A stretch of 30,851 bases of DNA from an uncultured Nitrososphaeraceae archaeon (GTDB taxonomy: Archaea; Thermoproteota; Nitrososphaeria; Nitrososphaerales; Nitrososphaeraceae). The stretch is taken from the NCBI GenBank assembly GCA_963825865.1, contig CAWGVG010000037.1:1-30851 (forward strand). Direction: 5' to 3'. Position numbers and translations under genes: made by a program. Each line of letters begins with the position of its first letter. The stretch's first letter is position 1. Positions 30,399-30,851 of this stretch are shown here, piece by piece. The notes beneath the pieces were generated by a model. That model was given only the letters and a program-made list of their open reading frames with translations, searched no databases and was not told where the DNA came from.

Positions 30399-30851
30399 AT
30401 GGCTAAAAGATTTTTTGTTACTGTTATAGCACAAAGTAAGATTGCCCTTTCAAGCTTGCACAGATCTGGATTAGATCTGTTTCAATCAACGGCACAAGTA
30501 AACGAGCAAAAAGAATTCATTATTGAGGGACTTTTGACCCTAGATGAGATCGGCAAGCTCGTTGAGAGCGGTTACAAGGTCCTTGTTAAAGAAGAGTCGT
30601 CAAAGCAAGCTCGTGCACGAACCGAGGCGATAGGATTCGAGCAGTGGAAAAAAGCGAGCAGAAACCAAATTAAGAAAAACTAGAGAAACAAGTGAAGAAT
30701 CATCTCAACCTACAGGATACCTTACCTCTGACGGCATTGAATCAGCTCTTTTACATATTCACGATAAGTATCAGTCAATCACTGAAGTTGTAGCTGTGCC
30801 TGAGCCCTCACAAGAAGGACGTATTTCTAGAGCCATTAAGATTTCTAAAGG
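30399..30851 (+). CDS. Probable M14 zinc carboxypeptidase, N-terminal part with prodomain-like segment, runs off the right edge
   Basis: ORF 30399..30683 is followed, across an A6 run and one more indel, by GYLTSDGIESALLHIHDKYQSI|TEVVAVPEPSQEGRISRAIKIS. This resembles the Y....I...L......YP......S.EGR...AIKI start of M14 catalytic domains. The HxxE motif would lie outside the window. Confidence 0.6.

Overview
AT-rich archaeal DNA. The gene content points to a soil ammonia-oxidising archaeon of the Nitrososphaeraceae: cbtB/cbtA, a two-domain multicopper oxidase fused to a cupredoxin, a stand-alone cupredoxin, a DM13 protein and a Cys-rich 'C.GIC...QKRCQIC..CPCC' protein. This assignment is an inference from gene content. 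Most long genes are split by single-base indels, which suggests uncorrected long-read errors, so I reassembled them by eye across frames. From left to right the window holds: (1) a partial membrane-anchored protein and a complete IS5-like element; (2) a minus-strand operon of Zn alcohol dehydrogenase, aldehyde dehydrogenase and patatin; (3) a damaged winged-helix (DUF4443-like) gene divergent from cbtBA, with a palindrome beside the TATA box; (4) copper proteins, an SRPBCC protein and an SDR; (5) a complete IS481 with a 6-bp target duplication; (6) relics of an integrative element (P-loop helicase-like gene, tyrosine integrase, ParB-like gene); (7) a secreted-proteolysis cluster. That cluster contains an Ig-like protein, a zinc-finger microprotein with a perfect 24-bp palindrome upstream, an S8 subtilisin, a convergent Asp-box protein whose C-terminus resembles the subtilisin's own I9 prodomain, and the start of an M14-like carboxypeptidase. 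At least five zinc-binding micro-ORFs are missing from the supplied ORF track. I saw no rRNA, tRNA or CRISPR array.
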